Of a stretch of DNA of 22,444 bases, positions 9,188 to 21,163 are shown one piece after another. The DNA is taken from NCBI GenBank assembly GCA_030770535.1, contig JASVEC010000022.1, forward strand, positions 868,001-890,444, in the 5' to 3' direction. The stretch's first letter is position 1, and each line of letters opens with the position of its first letter. The notes below the pieces were generated by a model. That model had not been told where the DNA came from. It saw only the letters and a list, made by a program, of their open reading frames with translations, and did not search any database. The stretch comes from Batkoa obscura. Its lineage: Eukaryota. A program made the position numbers and the translations under genes.

Positions 9188-10800
9188 ATGACCACTTTTG
9201 TTCATCACTGTCATTTTTATTCTTATATACATGAAAATTTTCTGTTGCAACCAATGACTAACTTTTTCGCTTAAAGTCAGCTTGTATTAGAAACTATCTT
9301 ATGAATTGATGTATCTGTAGTTTTGACCTGGCTTTTGGGAAAAAATTGTACAAATAAACTTTTGGGAGCTACTCCTTTGTATGACATAATCGCTTATAAT
9401 AAAGTGCGAAATTTGAACCTAATATTTACTATTGAATGACTTTTATTTCTGAGTGGGATATCTTTTTTTAAGTCATGTGCTAAAGACAGCCTTTATTGAT
9501 AACAACTAGTGCTCAGTTAATGAATGAAAGAGAGTTAGGTGAAACAATTACATTTGATCCAAAGGAGGCCTTTGGGAACAGGACTCGGCTTTTTTTGACT
9601 TATCTAGCTTCACATAGAAAAGAAGAAATTACTAAGTTAGGAACACCTTCTACTCCGTGATAAAAGCCCAATTAGGAGCTGACCCATATTTGGACCCAAA
9701 GACCAACTTATGCTATAAATGGTGGTAAATCTACAAGATGAAGATAACAACTATTGAAAGAAACCCAGCAAAGCAACATGGGAAAAGAGAACTTACGAAA
9801 TACAGGCTTTGATGCCAGCCAAGGAAAGATGAGTTAAACCTGTTTCCTAAGCCCCGGGGACATGTTATCCAAAGGCTTCGGGTATAAGGACAACAAGCAA
9901 ATCGATGGCTCACTAGGTCTTGACTGGAAATGCAAAAAAACGATAAGGGTTGACCTCCCTATTGAAAGCGGGAACTTAAGCTTAAGAGAAGTAAGCAAAC
10001 TCATCAGTACGTTAAAAAGCCATACCCGGTTTTAAACTTAAAACCCTTAAGTAGGAATTATGCGCCTGCATGAAGTGATGACTGTGTCAAAAAGACATAA
10101 GCAGTTGTAAAAGTTCTTGTTTGAGCAGGAAATTAAGCTACCTAGAGTATACGAACTATATTTTTTAATGACTCTTACATTGTCTATCTACCTTTAATTA
10201 AGGTTTTGCACTATCCATTAACAATTTTAGAACCAAGTGATGGTGAAGTGAAAGATAAGGTGCCCTTAGAGACTTTATTATCTATGACCTCTGAGGACCA
10301 TAAGTGTAGGAAGCCCCTTTGCCATAGAAGATTAAATTAGTTCCTAAAACAAATTTGCCAGAACTTCTAGATCGGGGAGTAGTTCATTATCCAAAATGAC
10401 AATAAATTAAAACTATAATCGCCTTTACTAGAAGTTAGTTTCCAATAAAAAAATTCGAAAACAGCTTTTCTGGTTTATTTTAAATCTGGTTTGATAAAGA
10501 TGCACATATACAAGTTGTACCAGAGTATAGGGAGAGCAGCATTATTAACCAATAAAATTTAGGCTTAAAGATTGATACCTTTAACATCCCAACTATATAG
10601 CCTAGTTTAAGTCTAGAAATACATGTTGATCATGAATCAGTCTTCTACTCTTAAGTGAGGTCTCTTTTAGTTTATGGTTTTTTTCTTTGCTCCTTTAGAT
10701 TAAAAAATCAAAGAAATAGCATGGACTCCCGGTGAATGAGTTGCTTAGCCTTATCACTATTTCCCGTAACCCTTGACAGATTTCTTTAATCTGTCATATT
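9188..10800 (+). other. GC-richer decayed coding-like relic of unknown origin (possible transposon or endogenous viral remnant)
   Basis: Visibly higher GC than the flanking intergenic DNA. Long protein-like plus-strand runs are broken by isolated stops and frameshifts, no introns are apparent, and no motif is recognisable to me. Confidence 0.4.
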
Positions 10801-10993
10801 TATATCAGTATAATAGACACTGTCTTTGATGTAATCATAAAGAAATATCTACCATTGAATTTTTACATTCCAAGAGTAATTACTAAAATGCATAAAACCA
10901 AAATTTAAAAACGTAATTTTTATTATTAAAAAGAATTATCTCTGATATCAAAACAAGATGGATTTAAAATGAAATTGATGAAAGGTTAAATTT

Positions 10994-12610
10994 TTAGTTC
11001 TTTAAAACTTGATTCCCTTCTTGAGCTTCTCTAGCAGCATCTTCTTCTTCTTTTGATACATACCAGAATTTAGCCATGGCTACAAAAATAGCAAAGAAGA
11101 AAGTAGAGATGGCAATGTAAACCCACATCTTATTGGTACCTTTCATCTCTCCCATACCAATTTCAAGACCAAGTACAAAATAATTACCAATAGCTGAAGT
11201 AAGTAAGAAAATAGAAGATGAAGAAGACTTCATTTGTCTACCTACTTGTGTATAAGCGAATTGAAGACCAATTGGTGACATCATAGCTTCACCTAATGAC
11301 AAAAGAACGTATTGAGGAAGTTGGATGGTACCATTTACACATTGATCACATGAAACCCAGTTATTATCTTTCATCACTAAAGATTCGGCATTTCTTTCAA
11401 CATAATATTGAAGACATGTGGATAATACATAAGTAAGGATCATAATAAACCAACCCCAAACCATACGAGTTAAAAGTGGCATTCTAATTCCTCTCTTCTC
11501 TAAGAATGGATAGACAAAGAAGGATAAGAAAGGTACAAAGAGAATAATTAAGATAGAATTAACATTTGAAGAAGCTTCAGTTGGTAATGGAATGAATCCT
11601 AAGAAGTTATGGCCCATCATATCATAGTTGTTTTGCCATTCAGAACTATTTTGATCGTATAATAGCCAGAAGAAGGAGATAGGTAAAAGCATAGCAGCTA
11701 CTTTTCCAAATAATCTAGTTTCTTCGACCATTTCAGCGCCATAAAGATCGGCTGAGAAATTTAACCAATGACCTTTAGCTCTTCTTTCTTCAACAGATGC
11801 AGCGGAATAACGTCTTCCTGCAGTTACTGCAGTTTTGAGGGCAACCCAAGGCATGAATCTACCTGTTGGTGGAACAACACGATAATAACGGAAACCAAAA
11901 ATAAATAATGCTAAGGCAATAGCAAAAGCAATGGTTGGGATACCAAATGCAAGGAAATAACAATTGGAACCAAAGCATTTAACATATTCTTTTAAGTAAG
12001 GTGTAAGATATTGAGCAACTAAAGCACCAACATTAATAGCAACGTAGAAAAGACCAAAGAATTTATCGAGTAAAACTGTTTGAGTTGGTAAAAATTGATC
12101 ACCACCATGAGAAGATACACATGGTTTGATACCACCTGAACCAATAGCCATAAATAAAGCAGGTATAATGAAAGACCAGTATGGTAATTCACCATGTTTA
12201 CCAACAAGTTCATTAATTGAGAAAACAGACATTAAGACATTTCCTATTAAATAAAGGAAGGACATATAAACAATAGTATGATATTTTCCTAAGAAAGAAT
12301 CAGAAATAGCAGCACCAACAAGAGGGAAAATATATACTAAAGCATTGAATAATGAGGTTTGGGCTTTAGCATAAGAAGGAGTATAACCATAGGCAGTTTG
12401 TAAATATTTGTTTAATAAATTTTTGATACCATAATAACAGAAACGTTCACATAACTCATTTGGTACAATAAAATAGACAGCTTTTGGAAATTTATCATGA
12501 TTAGCTTGGAGTTTGGCATCTAATTCGGCATTGATAATACGTTCTTGTTCTAATAGCTGCAACTCTCTCTCAGTGAGTTGAGCATCAAGATGGCCCACTT
12601 TTTCAGACAT
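10994..12610 (-). CDS. PTR2: POT/PTR2-family proton-dependent oligopeptide transporter, 538 aa, intronless
   Basis: ExxERFxYYG motif (ELCERFCYYG), GAAISDSFLGKYHTI, GSGGIKPCVSSHGGDQF, FYVAINVG, and many hydrophobic TM segments. Confidence 0.95.
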   Translation of the reverse strand: MSEKVGHLDAQLTERELQLLEQERIINAELDAKLQANHDKFPKAVYFIVPNELCERFCYYGIKNLLNKYLQTAYGYTPSYAKAQTSLFNALVYIFPLVGAAISDSFLGKYHTIVYMSFLYLIGNVLMSVFSINELVGKHGELPYWSFIIPALFMAIGSGGIKPCVSSHGGDQFLPTQTVLLDKFFGLFYVAINVGALVAQYLTPYLKEYVKCFGSNCYFLAFGIPTIAFAIALALFIFGFRYYRVVPPTGRFMPWVALKTAVTAGRRYSAASVEERRAKGHWLNFSADLYGAEMVEETRLFGKVAAMLLPISFFWLLYDQNSSEWQNNYDMMGHNFLGFIPLPTEASSNVNSILIILFVPFLSFFVYPFLEKRGIRMPLLTRMVWGWFIMILTYVLSTCLQYYVERNAESLVMKDNNWVSCDQCVNGTIQLPQYVLLSLGEAMMSPIGLQFAYTQVGRQMKSSSSSIFLLTSAIGNYFVLGLEIGMGEMKGTNKMWVYIAISTFFFAIFVAMAKFWYVSKEEEDAAREAQEGNQVLKN

Positions 12611-13982
12611 TATTATTAAGTTTTTAATAAATAAATTGAGAAAATCACACTTCTTTTATACCATTTTCGGTTGTGGATCCTTATTTTCTAATTGGAATAA
12701 AATACGGAATATTAATCAAGTGAGCTAAATTCAAATTTTTCAAAAAACATTGGTTTATGCGTGATTGATTAGATTATTAGGATATAGTTGTAAAATCAAA
12801 ATTAAAATAACATGACTAAAAAAGCCATTAGGAGAAAACTTTATTGGTATATCTTCTGCAAAAATAACATTCCTTTTTTTTTTATCTCCATAATTTTTAG
12901 CTTAATATATTTCGCTATTCCGATACCAACTTTTGATTATGTTATGTGAAAAATTACATTTCCTATTTGATAAGCCAACATTTATGCACTTTGATAAAGA
13001 AACTTAAATTTAGAAAACATATCAAAGTCAATAAAACTATGCTTAAAAATAAATTTTTAGACGCAAGTTATATAGTTACTTTCTTATTTTATTATAATTA
13101 AATATTTCTAGCACACCTTAGATTTAATTCTAGCATTTTATATTGAACTGTTTTAAATTTAATGAGTTTTGTTATCATTTGTAACTTGTGGTTCATGCTT
13201 ACTATCAGCTGAAATAAAAAGAATGCTATTAAAACCATCTTGACTAAGTTGGAATATTTTTCATTTTTAATACTATTATGGTTAAATATCTGTTGATCTA
13301 TTTTGCTAAAGCAAAAAGGACTGATATTGTCTAATTATTTGAACTAATGACTAATAAAAATCAACTGATAATAAAAGTCCTATTTTTTTATTCTACTTAT
13401 CTATATATTCTATAAGTTTCAGAGTTCTAACTTTGACTTTAATACTATACAGTATATTCTTTCTTACATTATAAATTAAAACTTCTCTATTATTTACTAT
13501 AAAATAATAATCTATTATTTCAATTTATCAAGTGATACATTTCAAAGGTTCAACTTTAATTTATTAGGTAAGAGTAGTATTATTAGAATATAAAAATTAA
13601 GTAAACAGAATATTTGAAAATAATCTTAATATATAGTAAATCTTATGGCACTAATAAATAACTTAACTTAATATGCTTTAAAATAAAATTACTTTAATAT
13701 TGGTTTTTCATATGCTTGATTTTAAAGCTAGTGAAAAATAACTGGAATGAATTTATAGTAAAAGTTTATATAAGCTCAGCTTTGAACCTCAGTAGCTGAT
13801 CCAATTTATAATGAAGAATATTATTTTGTATCGTTAACTGTGTAATTAAGGCATATAGCTTTTGAGGACTTAAAAAGGGTCTATAAATCATTTTAGTAAA
13901 CAAACTATTTAAAAAATACATATACTTATCTATGAATTGTAGACATGAAATTTAAATCCTATTCAATATAAGATATAAGCTA

Positions 13983-14080
13983 TGGAGGTGTATTTTTTTG
14001 TCTAAGGATTTTACTAACAATCTTTCCACTCAAATAGTGCTTAAAAATGGAAAAAGTAATGAAACTACGAAAAACCTATA
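13983..14080 (+). mobile_element. MITE-like repeat, copy 3
   Basis: TA|TGGAGGTGTATTTTTTTGTCTAAGGATTTTACTAACAATCTTTCCACTCAAATAGTGCTTAAAAATGG... belongs to the same family as copy 1. Confidence 0.7.
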
Positions 14081-14200
14081 TAAAGATCAAAAAACGACAA
14101 AAATAGCCAATAGTGGAATAAAGTTACAAATAGAATGTTACTTTAGTGAATAGATTTAATTATATAACTATGGGAATTTGTATAAAATAAACTATACTCT

Positions 14201-14246
14201 ATACAAATTAAAGTTAATATACAAATTAAAGTTAATATACAAATTA
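14201..14246. repeat. 18-bp tandem repeat (ATACAAATTAAAGTTAAT x ~2.5)
   Basis: Read directly from the sequence. Confidence 0.8.
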
Positions 14247-14600
14247 TTTTTATAACCGCGTAAATTTTATGATATAAGAAATGAAGATAAGATATTAATA
14301 CATTTTCCTGTTTTTTAATATAAAATCTTAATTTATCTATAACTTTAAAAACTAAATAATCTAAAAAAGTTTAAATAAAAACAAACTGGTAGTTTAAAAA
14401 TTATGTTTGTTAATACAAAATCTATACTATTTATATCATTTCTTCTTATTATATACACTCAATATTTATATATTGTAGCTTATTAGTACATTAGTCAAAA
14501 TAAAAAAGTTAAATTAAGAAAACAAAAGGCTTAAATTCAAGTTGAAAAATAATACTTTATTATATTTCAATCATTCATCATAACAACCGGTATTTAAACA

Positions 14601-14691
14601 TGAGGATGTTTTTTTGATTTCATCATTTTTTCCATTTTTAAGCACTATTTGAGTGGAAAGATTGTTAGTAAAATCCTTAGACAAAAAAATA
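14601..14691 (-). mobile_element. MITE-like repeat, copy 4 (inverted relative to copy 3), followed at ~14694 by another TGGGGATGTATTTTTTGTTT terminus
   Basis: 14627-14691 is the exact reverse complement of 13991-14055. Confidence 0.7.
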
Positions 14692-15490
14692 GATGGGGAT
14701 GTATTTTTTGTTTAAATTTCTACTAATAGCTTTTTAGGCTTTTTCTCATCACTATTTCATATTTTATATATGGATCAACTTTTATAACTCAGAATCCAAA
14801 TGCTAATTTTTGTTCTATTTAAACTAGAACAAAATTTTTTAGCTGTTATTAGTAATCTAGCCACTTTTCTTTTTATATTTAACTTTTTATTTAATTGATT
14901 TTTTAAGAGCTCACTTTAAAATATTTTTATAGAATCTAAAATATCCATAAAATATAAATATATATAAAATATAATATAATATTAAATATTTAGTTTTATT
15001 TTGCTTATATTAGATTGGATTCTTCATTAAACTGAACTAAATATTAATAATATTATTATAAAAATTATATATTTATATATTATTTATGTATTAATAAAAG
15101 TTATTGTTAATATTGATTTGCATATCAGCTATAGTTAATAAAATTTTATTAAAAAATATACTATTACAATTCAAACCTTTTAAATTATTACTTATTGAAA
15201 AATAGCTGTATAAAGCAGCTGAATGCTTTAATTTTTGGGACGATTTTTGATGGTATTGTATGTGTCCAAAGCAGTGTTTATTAGGACAAAAAGGATTTAC
15301 CTGAAGACTTGGAGAAAATAACTGCTAGAAATTGAGATTGGGATGGTAGGACCAAAAAAAACTTATTACCAAAGCGGTAAAAGAGAATAAATATATAATA
15401 AGGCTATATTACATGAAAGCTATGACATGCTACCAAAGGTAGGAAAGGTTTAACGAAGTCATAAACGTCAATTTCATAATTTAAAAACTA

Positions 15491-15580
15491 AAGGTATTTT
15501 TTGTTTGAAATTTTGATCAATTTTTGTAGTACAAACTCCAAAAGTATCAGTTAAAGTTTTAGACAAAAAAACTTGCCCAA
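15491..15580. mobile_element. Diverged relative of the MITE-like family (similar termini, different interior)
   Basis: GGTATTTTTTGTTTGAAATTTT...AAAGTTTTAGACAAAAAAACTTGCCC forms imperfect inverted termini with ~90 bp spacing. Confidence 0.4.
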
Positions 15581-15673
15581 TATCGAATAATTGAGTATTT
15601 TATATTATTGGTTCAAATCTAAATTATTCTAATATTAAGGTTAGGTTTTGATCTTGTTTATTTTATTAGTAAA

Positions 15674-16238
15674 ATGAAATTCAACAAAAATATATTAAAG
15701 TATACCAACACAATAAACAATGTAAATTCAACAATGATAAGCTCGCCGCATCCAATATCACATATAAGGTTTATAAAGTATAAAAAAAACCCATTTGAAA
15801 GCTTGATAGTAAATTTGGCTAAAATTAATTATTTTTAATCTTTAATTTTTAATTTTAGGAAAAAGAATTAAGACAGAAGAAAGAATATTTACAAAATTAT
15901 GTCCATGAGTTTTGGTGTAAAAATAATCAGGCTTATGTAAATAGAAAACAAGAGTACGAACAAGAAAGTAATCATTGTTTTTTTAAATTATCAAAATCAA
16001 CTAACTCCTTTTTATAGTTTTGAAAAAGAAGGGTAAAGTTGAAAATACAGATATGACCGAGTTTTATAAGGAATTCCTTCAACAAAGTAAACACCAACAT
16101 GCTGAATTTCATCAAACTTATATTATCAAAAGTTTCAATATTGTATTATTCTCAATTTATAATCAATTTCATAGCTTATGTTCGAAAGCTTCCTTTACAA
16201 AACCTAGTTATTTTTTCTCTTCAAAATACTCTCGTTGA
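15674..16238 (+). CDS. COA8: COA8/APOPT1-like (DUF2315) cytochrome c oxidase assembly factor, 154 aa. Exons 15674-15808, 15859-15967, 16018-16238
   Basis: Spliced product ...ISSPHPISHIRFIKY...ESLIEKELR...HEFWCKNNQAY...MTEFYKEFL...HAEFHQTYIIKSF follows the COA8 pattern as I recall it (IGPPDxxSNLR...FWxxQN...MAxFYKxFL). Both GT-AG introns are 50 nt and keep the frame. Confidence 0.75.
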
Positions 16239-16408
16239 TCCTTTTTTCTACTTAAATTATAGATAAACTTTTTAATGTTATTCATCTTATTTTATGCATA
16301 TTTTGTTGTTTATTCTTATAATTATTATTAATAATTTTAAATTTTGACGTAAATTTATCGAAGGCAACTACTACTAAATTTATTTTTATTACAATAAAGT
16401 AGATAATT

Positions 16409-18013
16409 TTAAACTGTGGCAAACATACGATTATGACGAGCAATGGATGGGCCATATTCTTCATATTCAGCCTTAGAGTGAGCATAAGTATGGAATTGTG
16501 GCTAAAAAAAGGATATAAATAAATAATAAAATTAACTACAAAATTAATTACTAAAGAGGCAACTAAACTGCCACCGAACCAAACAGCATATCTTTGACGT
16601 TTATGAGAAATGACATTAACATCAATAGGTGTTGACTATATTGTTAATAATTGATTTTGATAAATAGAATTAAAAAATTTACTTTGACATTAGATAAACT
16701 TAACTCTTCACTCTTTTTAATTCTACCTGTAACAATTCTTTGAATATCTCTTTCTAAACGACGTCCAAAATCTTTAAATAAAGTTGAACCACCTGATAAA
16801 ACAATATTCTAATTTTTTTTAATATCAATTAGCTAATATAAACAAAATCAAATACCTTATATAACCCACGACGAGTATCAATCGGACAATTTTGTATTAC
16901 TTGATCAACAACTTGAGGAAGTGGAGTCAAGAAATCGGAGCTTACTAATTCTGGATTAAAGAAAATTTCAGGAGCTAAAAAGCGTTCATAACCAACATCA
17001 ACATTGAAAGGCTAACGTGTTTAATTTTAATTCATAATAAATAAATAATTATTACTTGTTTTGTAATTGAATGAATTCCTTCATAATTTTTAAAATATTT
17101 TTCTCCTTCTTGATCATATCTTTTAAATTCTTTAACAATGTCTTGACAACAATAAGAATATTTTTCTTTAATTTTTTTAGCTACTTCCATAAGTTGATCT
17201 GGTGGTATGGTTTCTCCATGATCACGAAGTAATTGCATGACATATTTAGTAATATGGCTACCTGCAATTGGTATATGTTTTAATGCAGAGCCAATAACAT
17301 AACCATCAGCCTAAAATTTAATTAGTAACTTTATAAAAAATACTTATTAATCAAATCAAAACTTACGACTGGGATAACATGAGTAACACCATCTCCAGAA
17401 TCAACTACTGTACCAGTAAGTTCACGGGTTTGGGATTTACTTGAAGTCCAAGAAGCAGCCAAACCTAAAACAGCTTGTACAGCAATATACATACCAGGAA
17501 TATTAAAAGATTCAAAGAAAATTTCAGCTGTAGCTTCTCTATTTTCTGGAGCGTTTAGAGGTGGTTCGGTTAATAAAAAATAATGGTCTTCTGGTTCACA
17601 TCGTAGATATTTAAATATACATTGTTCCCAATATCTTTCCATGTGATCCCAATTTTCAACTTGTCCATTAACCATTGGTGATGTTACTTGATACATCTTA
17701 GAGTTTGCTTGTGCTTCATAACCAATAAAAAAATCCAAATCTTCGATCCCTCTTTTACTGGCTAGATTACCTCCACCACTACCAAAGTTTCCACTACTTC
17801 CTTTTAAAAAACTTGGTTTTGATGGTACTGGTGGACCAGAACCTCTTTGGCTATCTTTTGTTGCTATTACAGTTGGGATAACGGAAGATGGTTCATCATT
17901 CCCTGCAAACCCCATCTTGGTTTCCCTTTTTATAATCAATATTTATTGTTTCAAATGGAAATTTTGGCTTACCCAGTACCATTATCAATAATTACAGGTG
18001 GTAATGAAGTCAT
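16409..18013 (-). CDS. ARP3: Actin-related protein 3 (Arp2/3 complex), 437 aa. Exons 18013-17973, 17925-17367, 17310-17056, 17011-16856, 16808-16683, 16635-16552, 16501-16409
   Basis: Arp3-specific strings [56 protein letters not shown] and [11 protein letters not shown]. Six GT-AG introns of 44-56 nt give an open 1314-nt CDS. Confidence 0.96.
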
Positions 18014-18340
18014 ATTTTAATAAACTATTATATAAAGTAATTGTAATTAAATAGCTATTATTTATTGGTTTATAATGGACTATATAGTTTAAAAAAATAA
18101 GTTTCGTTACAATTTTGGGTGGCTTTAATGATTTTTTGAAGTATTACATTTCATTTTAATTTTGTCCAATAGAAAACAATTTCATCCCTACTGCCAATTT
18201 TGCTGTTCTCATCGTTTATTCTACCATATTATTATGGATAATATTAATGTGTTAAATAGTATGTTGTAGTAGATAGCTATAATATGATTTCGGGTGTTTT
18301 ACTATAGTGATTTTTTTTATAAATCTATCATTTTATAAAC

Positions 18341-18373
18341 ATAAATATAAATATAAATATAAATATAAATATA
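18341..18373. repeat. (ATAAAT)n microsatellite, ~5.5 copies
   Basis: Read directly from the sequence. Confidence 0.8.
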
Positions 18374-18931
18374 ATATTTAATGTAATTAAAAAATAGTCT
18401 TTACTTTATTTTTTAATGATAGATTATAAAATAGTAATATTAATAACAACTTTATTTATTTTAAAATACTAAAAAGAATTTAAAAAATATTTTTTTTATC
18501 TTATTAAATATCTACTATATATTTCAACATCAACCTCAATACATTCTAAATTTTTATTTTTTTAAAAATACTATTTTTTTTTCTTAGCATTAAATTTTTG
18601 ATTATTCTAAATTTTACAATGTTTTCTTATTAGAATTTTAAATTTTTAATACCTTGTAATTATCATTTAATTAATTTTAGATATTAAACATACTTTCTTA
18701 AACATATATTGAATAATATGTGGATATAGTGTACCGCTATTATATAATATTAAGATCAACAACAGCCTCCTTGGCGATTTAAATTAAAATCAACATCATT
18801 TAATTGCTGCCAAGTTACTTTGAGCTTAAATTTATGGGATTATAAATTGAACTAAACTAATTTTCTTGGGTATCCTTGGCAAATGATTGCTTGCCAGACA
18901 ATACATCAAAAAATCGATGAAAAGGGTGGAT

Positions 18932-19110
18932 TCATTGGCTGTTTCTAATTGGTAAGAAGTACTTCAATAATAGCCAATGATTTTTTATCTAAGTTAGTTT
19001 TATCTTTATTCTTTGGTTGAAAAATGTTATGTGATGCAATTATTAGTCCATTATCTTATTTGATTGGCTATTTATCGAAGCTGTAAAATAAGGAGCCACC
19101 AACATATAAA
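18932..19110 (+). promoter_or_regulatory. Putative actin promoter: CCAAT-box cluster and TATA box
   Basis: AGCCAATSA matches at 18932-18940 (rc), 18972-18980 and 19061-19069 (rc); a further ATTGG at 18948; TATAAA at 19105-19110, ~55 bp before the ATG. Confidence 0.5.
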
Positions 19111-19164
19111 GAAATAAAATGACATTAAAGAAGGATTATTGTTTTTTGTAAATTTATATTAAAA

Positions 19165-20491
<1,327 letters not shown>

Positions 20492-21163
20492 ATGGTTGAT
20501 TTCCATATGTTTTGGTATCTACTAATATTAACGACACATCAACTTTGTTCCACTTATGGTTTAATACTACTTATAGTATGTATCATCTTATAAGTACTTA
20601 TAAATAAAGAAGCTTAAAGTTTTAATTCTTGGTATTTAATTAAACTTTTTTTAACGCTACATGTTAATTATGCTTTTTTATTACATATTATACTATGTCG
20701 TTCCATAAAAGCCACTATTTAAATAAGTAATTAGATTGATAGTAACTTTTAACTATTTTTCATTTACCTATCATTTAATAGGTTTTTGAGAAAAAATTGT
20801 AGATTACAAATGAATTAAAAGTTGTGTCAAAAAAAGTTTAAGAGGGTTTATAAAAATTAAATAAAAAGTATTATTTGAAAAAAATATAGATATTAAATAA
20901 TGTTAGATGAAATAAAATCATAGAAATGATAAAGACACCAAATCGGTTAAAATAAGAGTGTATCATCCCCAACATAGAAAGAACTATTTTAATTAATCTC
21001 CATAGCTACATAACATCACCATCTTATCTATCAAATTTTCAAAAAAAAAATGACGTTGAAATAAATGGAGAAACTATTGGATTTCAGCAAATCAAATAAG
21101 ATGAACAGCAATTTAAATTTAAAAATTTTAAATTTAGGATAATTATTTTTTTTAAAATCTAGA

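Noticed and set aside
9731..9913. 60-aa minus-strand ORF
   Set aside because: Short, non-ATG start and no motif; the coding-like signal in this region is on the plus strand.
12019..12213. 64-aa ORF inside PTR2
   Set aside because: Alternative frame of the transporter CDS with no independent support.
12860..13000. GATA (AreA-type) sites upstream of PTR2
   Set aside because: Biologically plausible, but a few GATAA/TTATC words are expected by chance at this AT content.
14930..15115. Almost pure A/T tract as origin or centromere-like element
   Set aside because: Low-complexity AT tracts are common throughout this window and nothing specific supports a function.
5364..15580. Dispersed ~95 bp repeats as CRISPR repeats or tRNA/ncRNA genes
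   Set aside because: Not regularly spaced, no cas genes, eukaryotic context and no cloverleaf or A/B boxes; the inverted termini fit a MITE better.
16282..16485. 67-aa minus-strand ORF
   Set aside because: Out-of-frame overlap with the last ARP3 exon and its 3'UTR.
17750..17860. Gly/Ser/Pro-rich insert in ARP3 ([10 protein letters not shown])
   Set aside because: Similar inserts occur in other fungal Arp3 proteins, so it is not novel.
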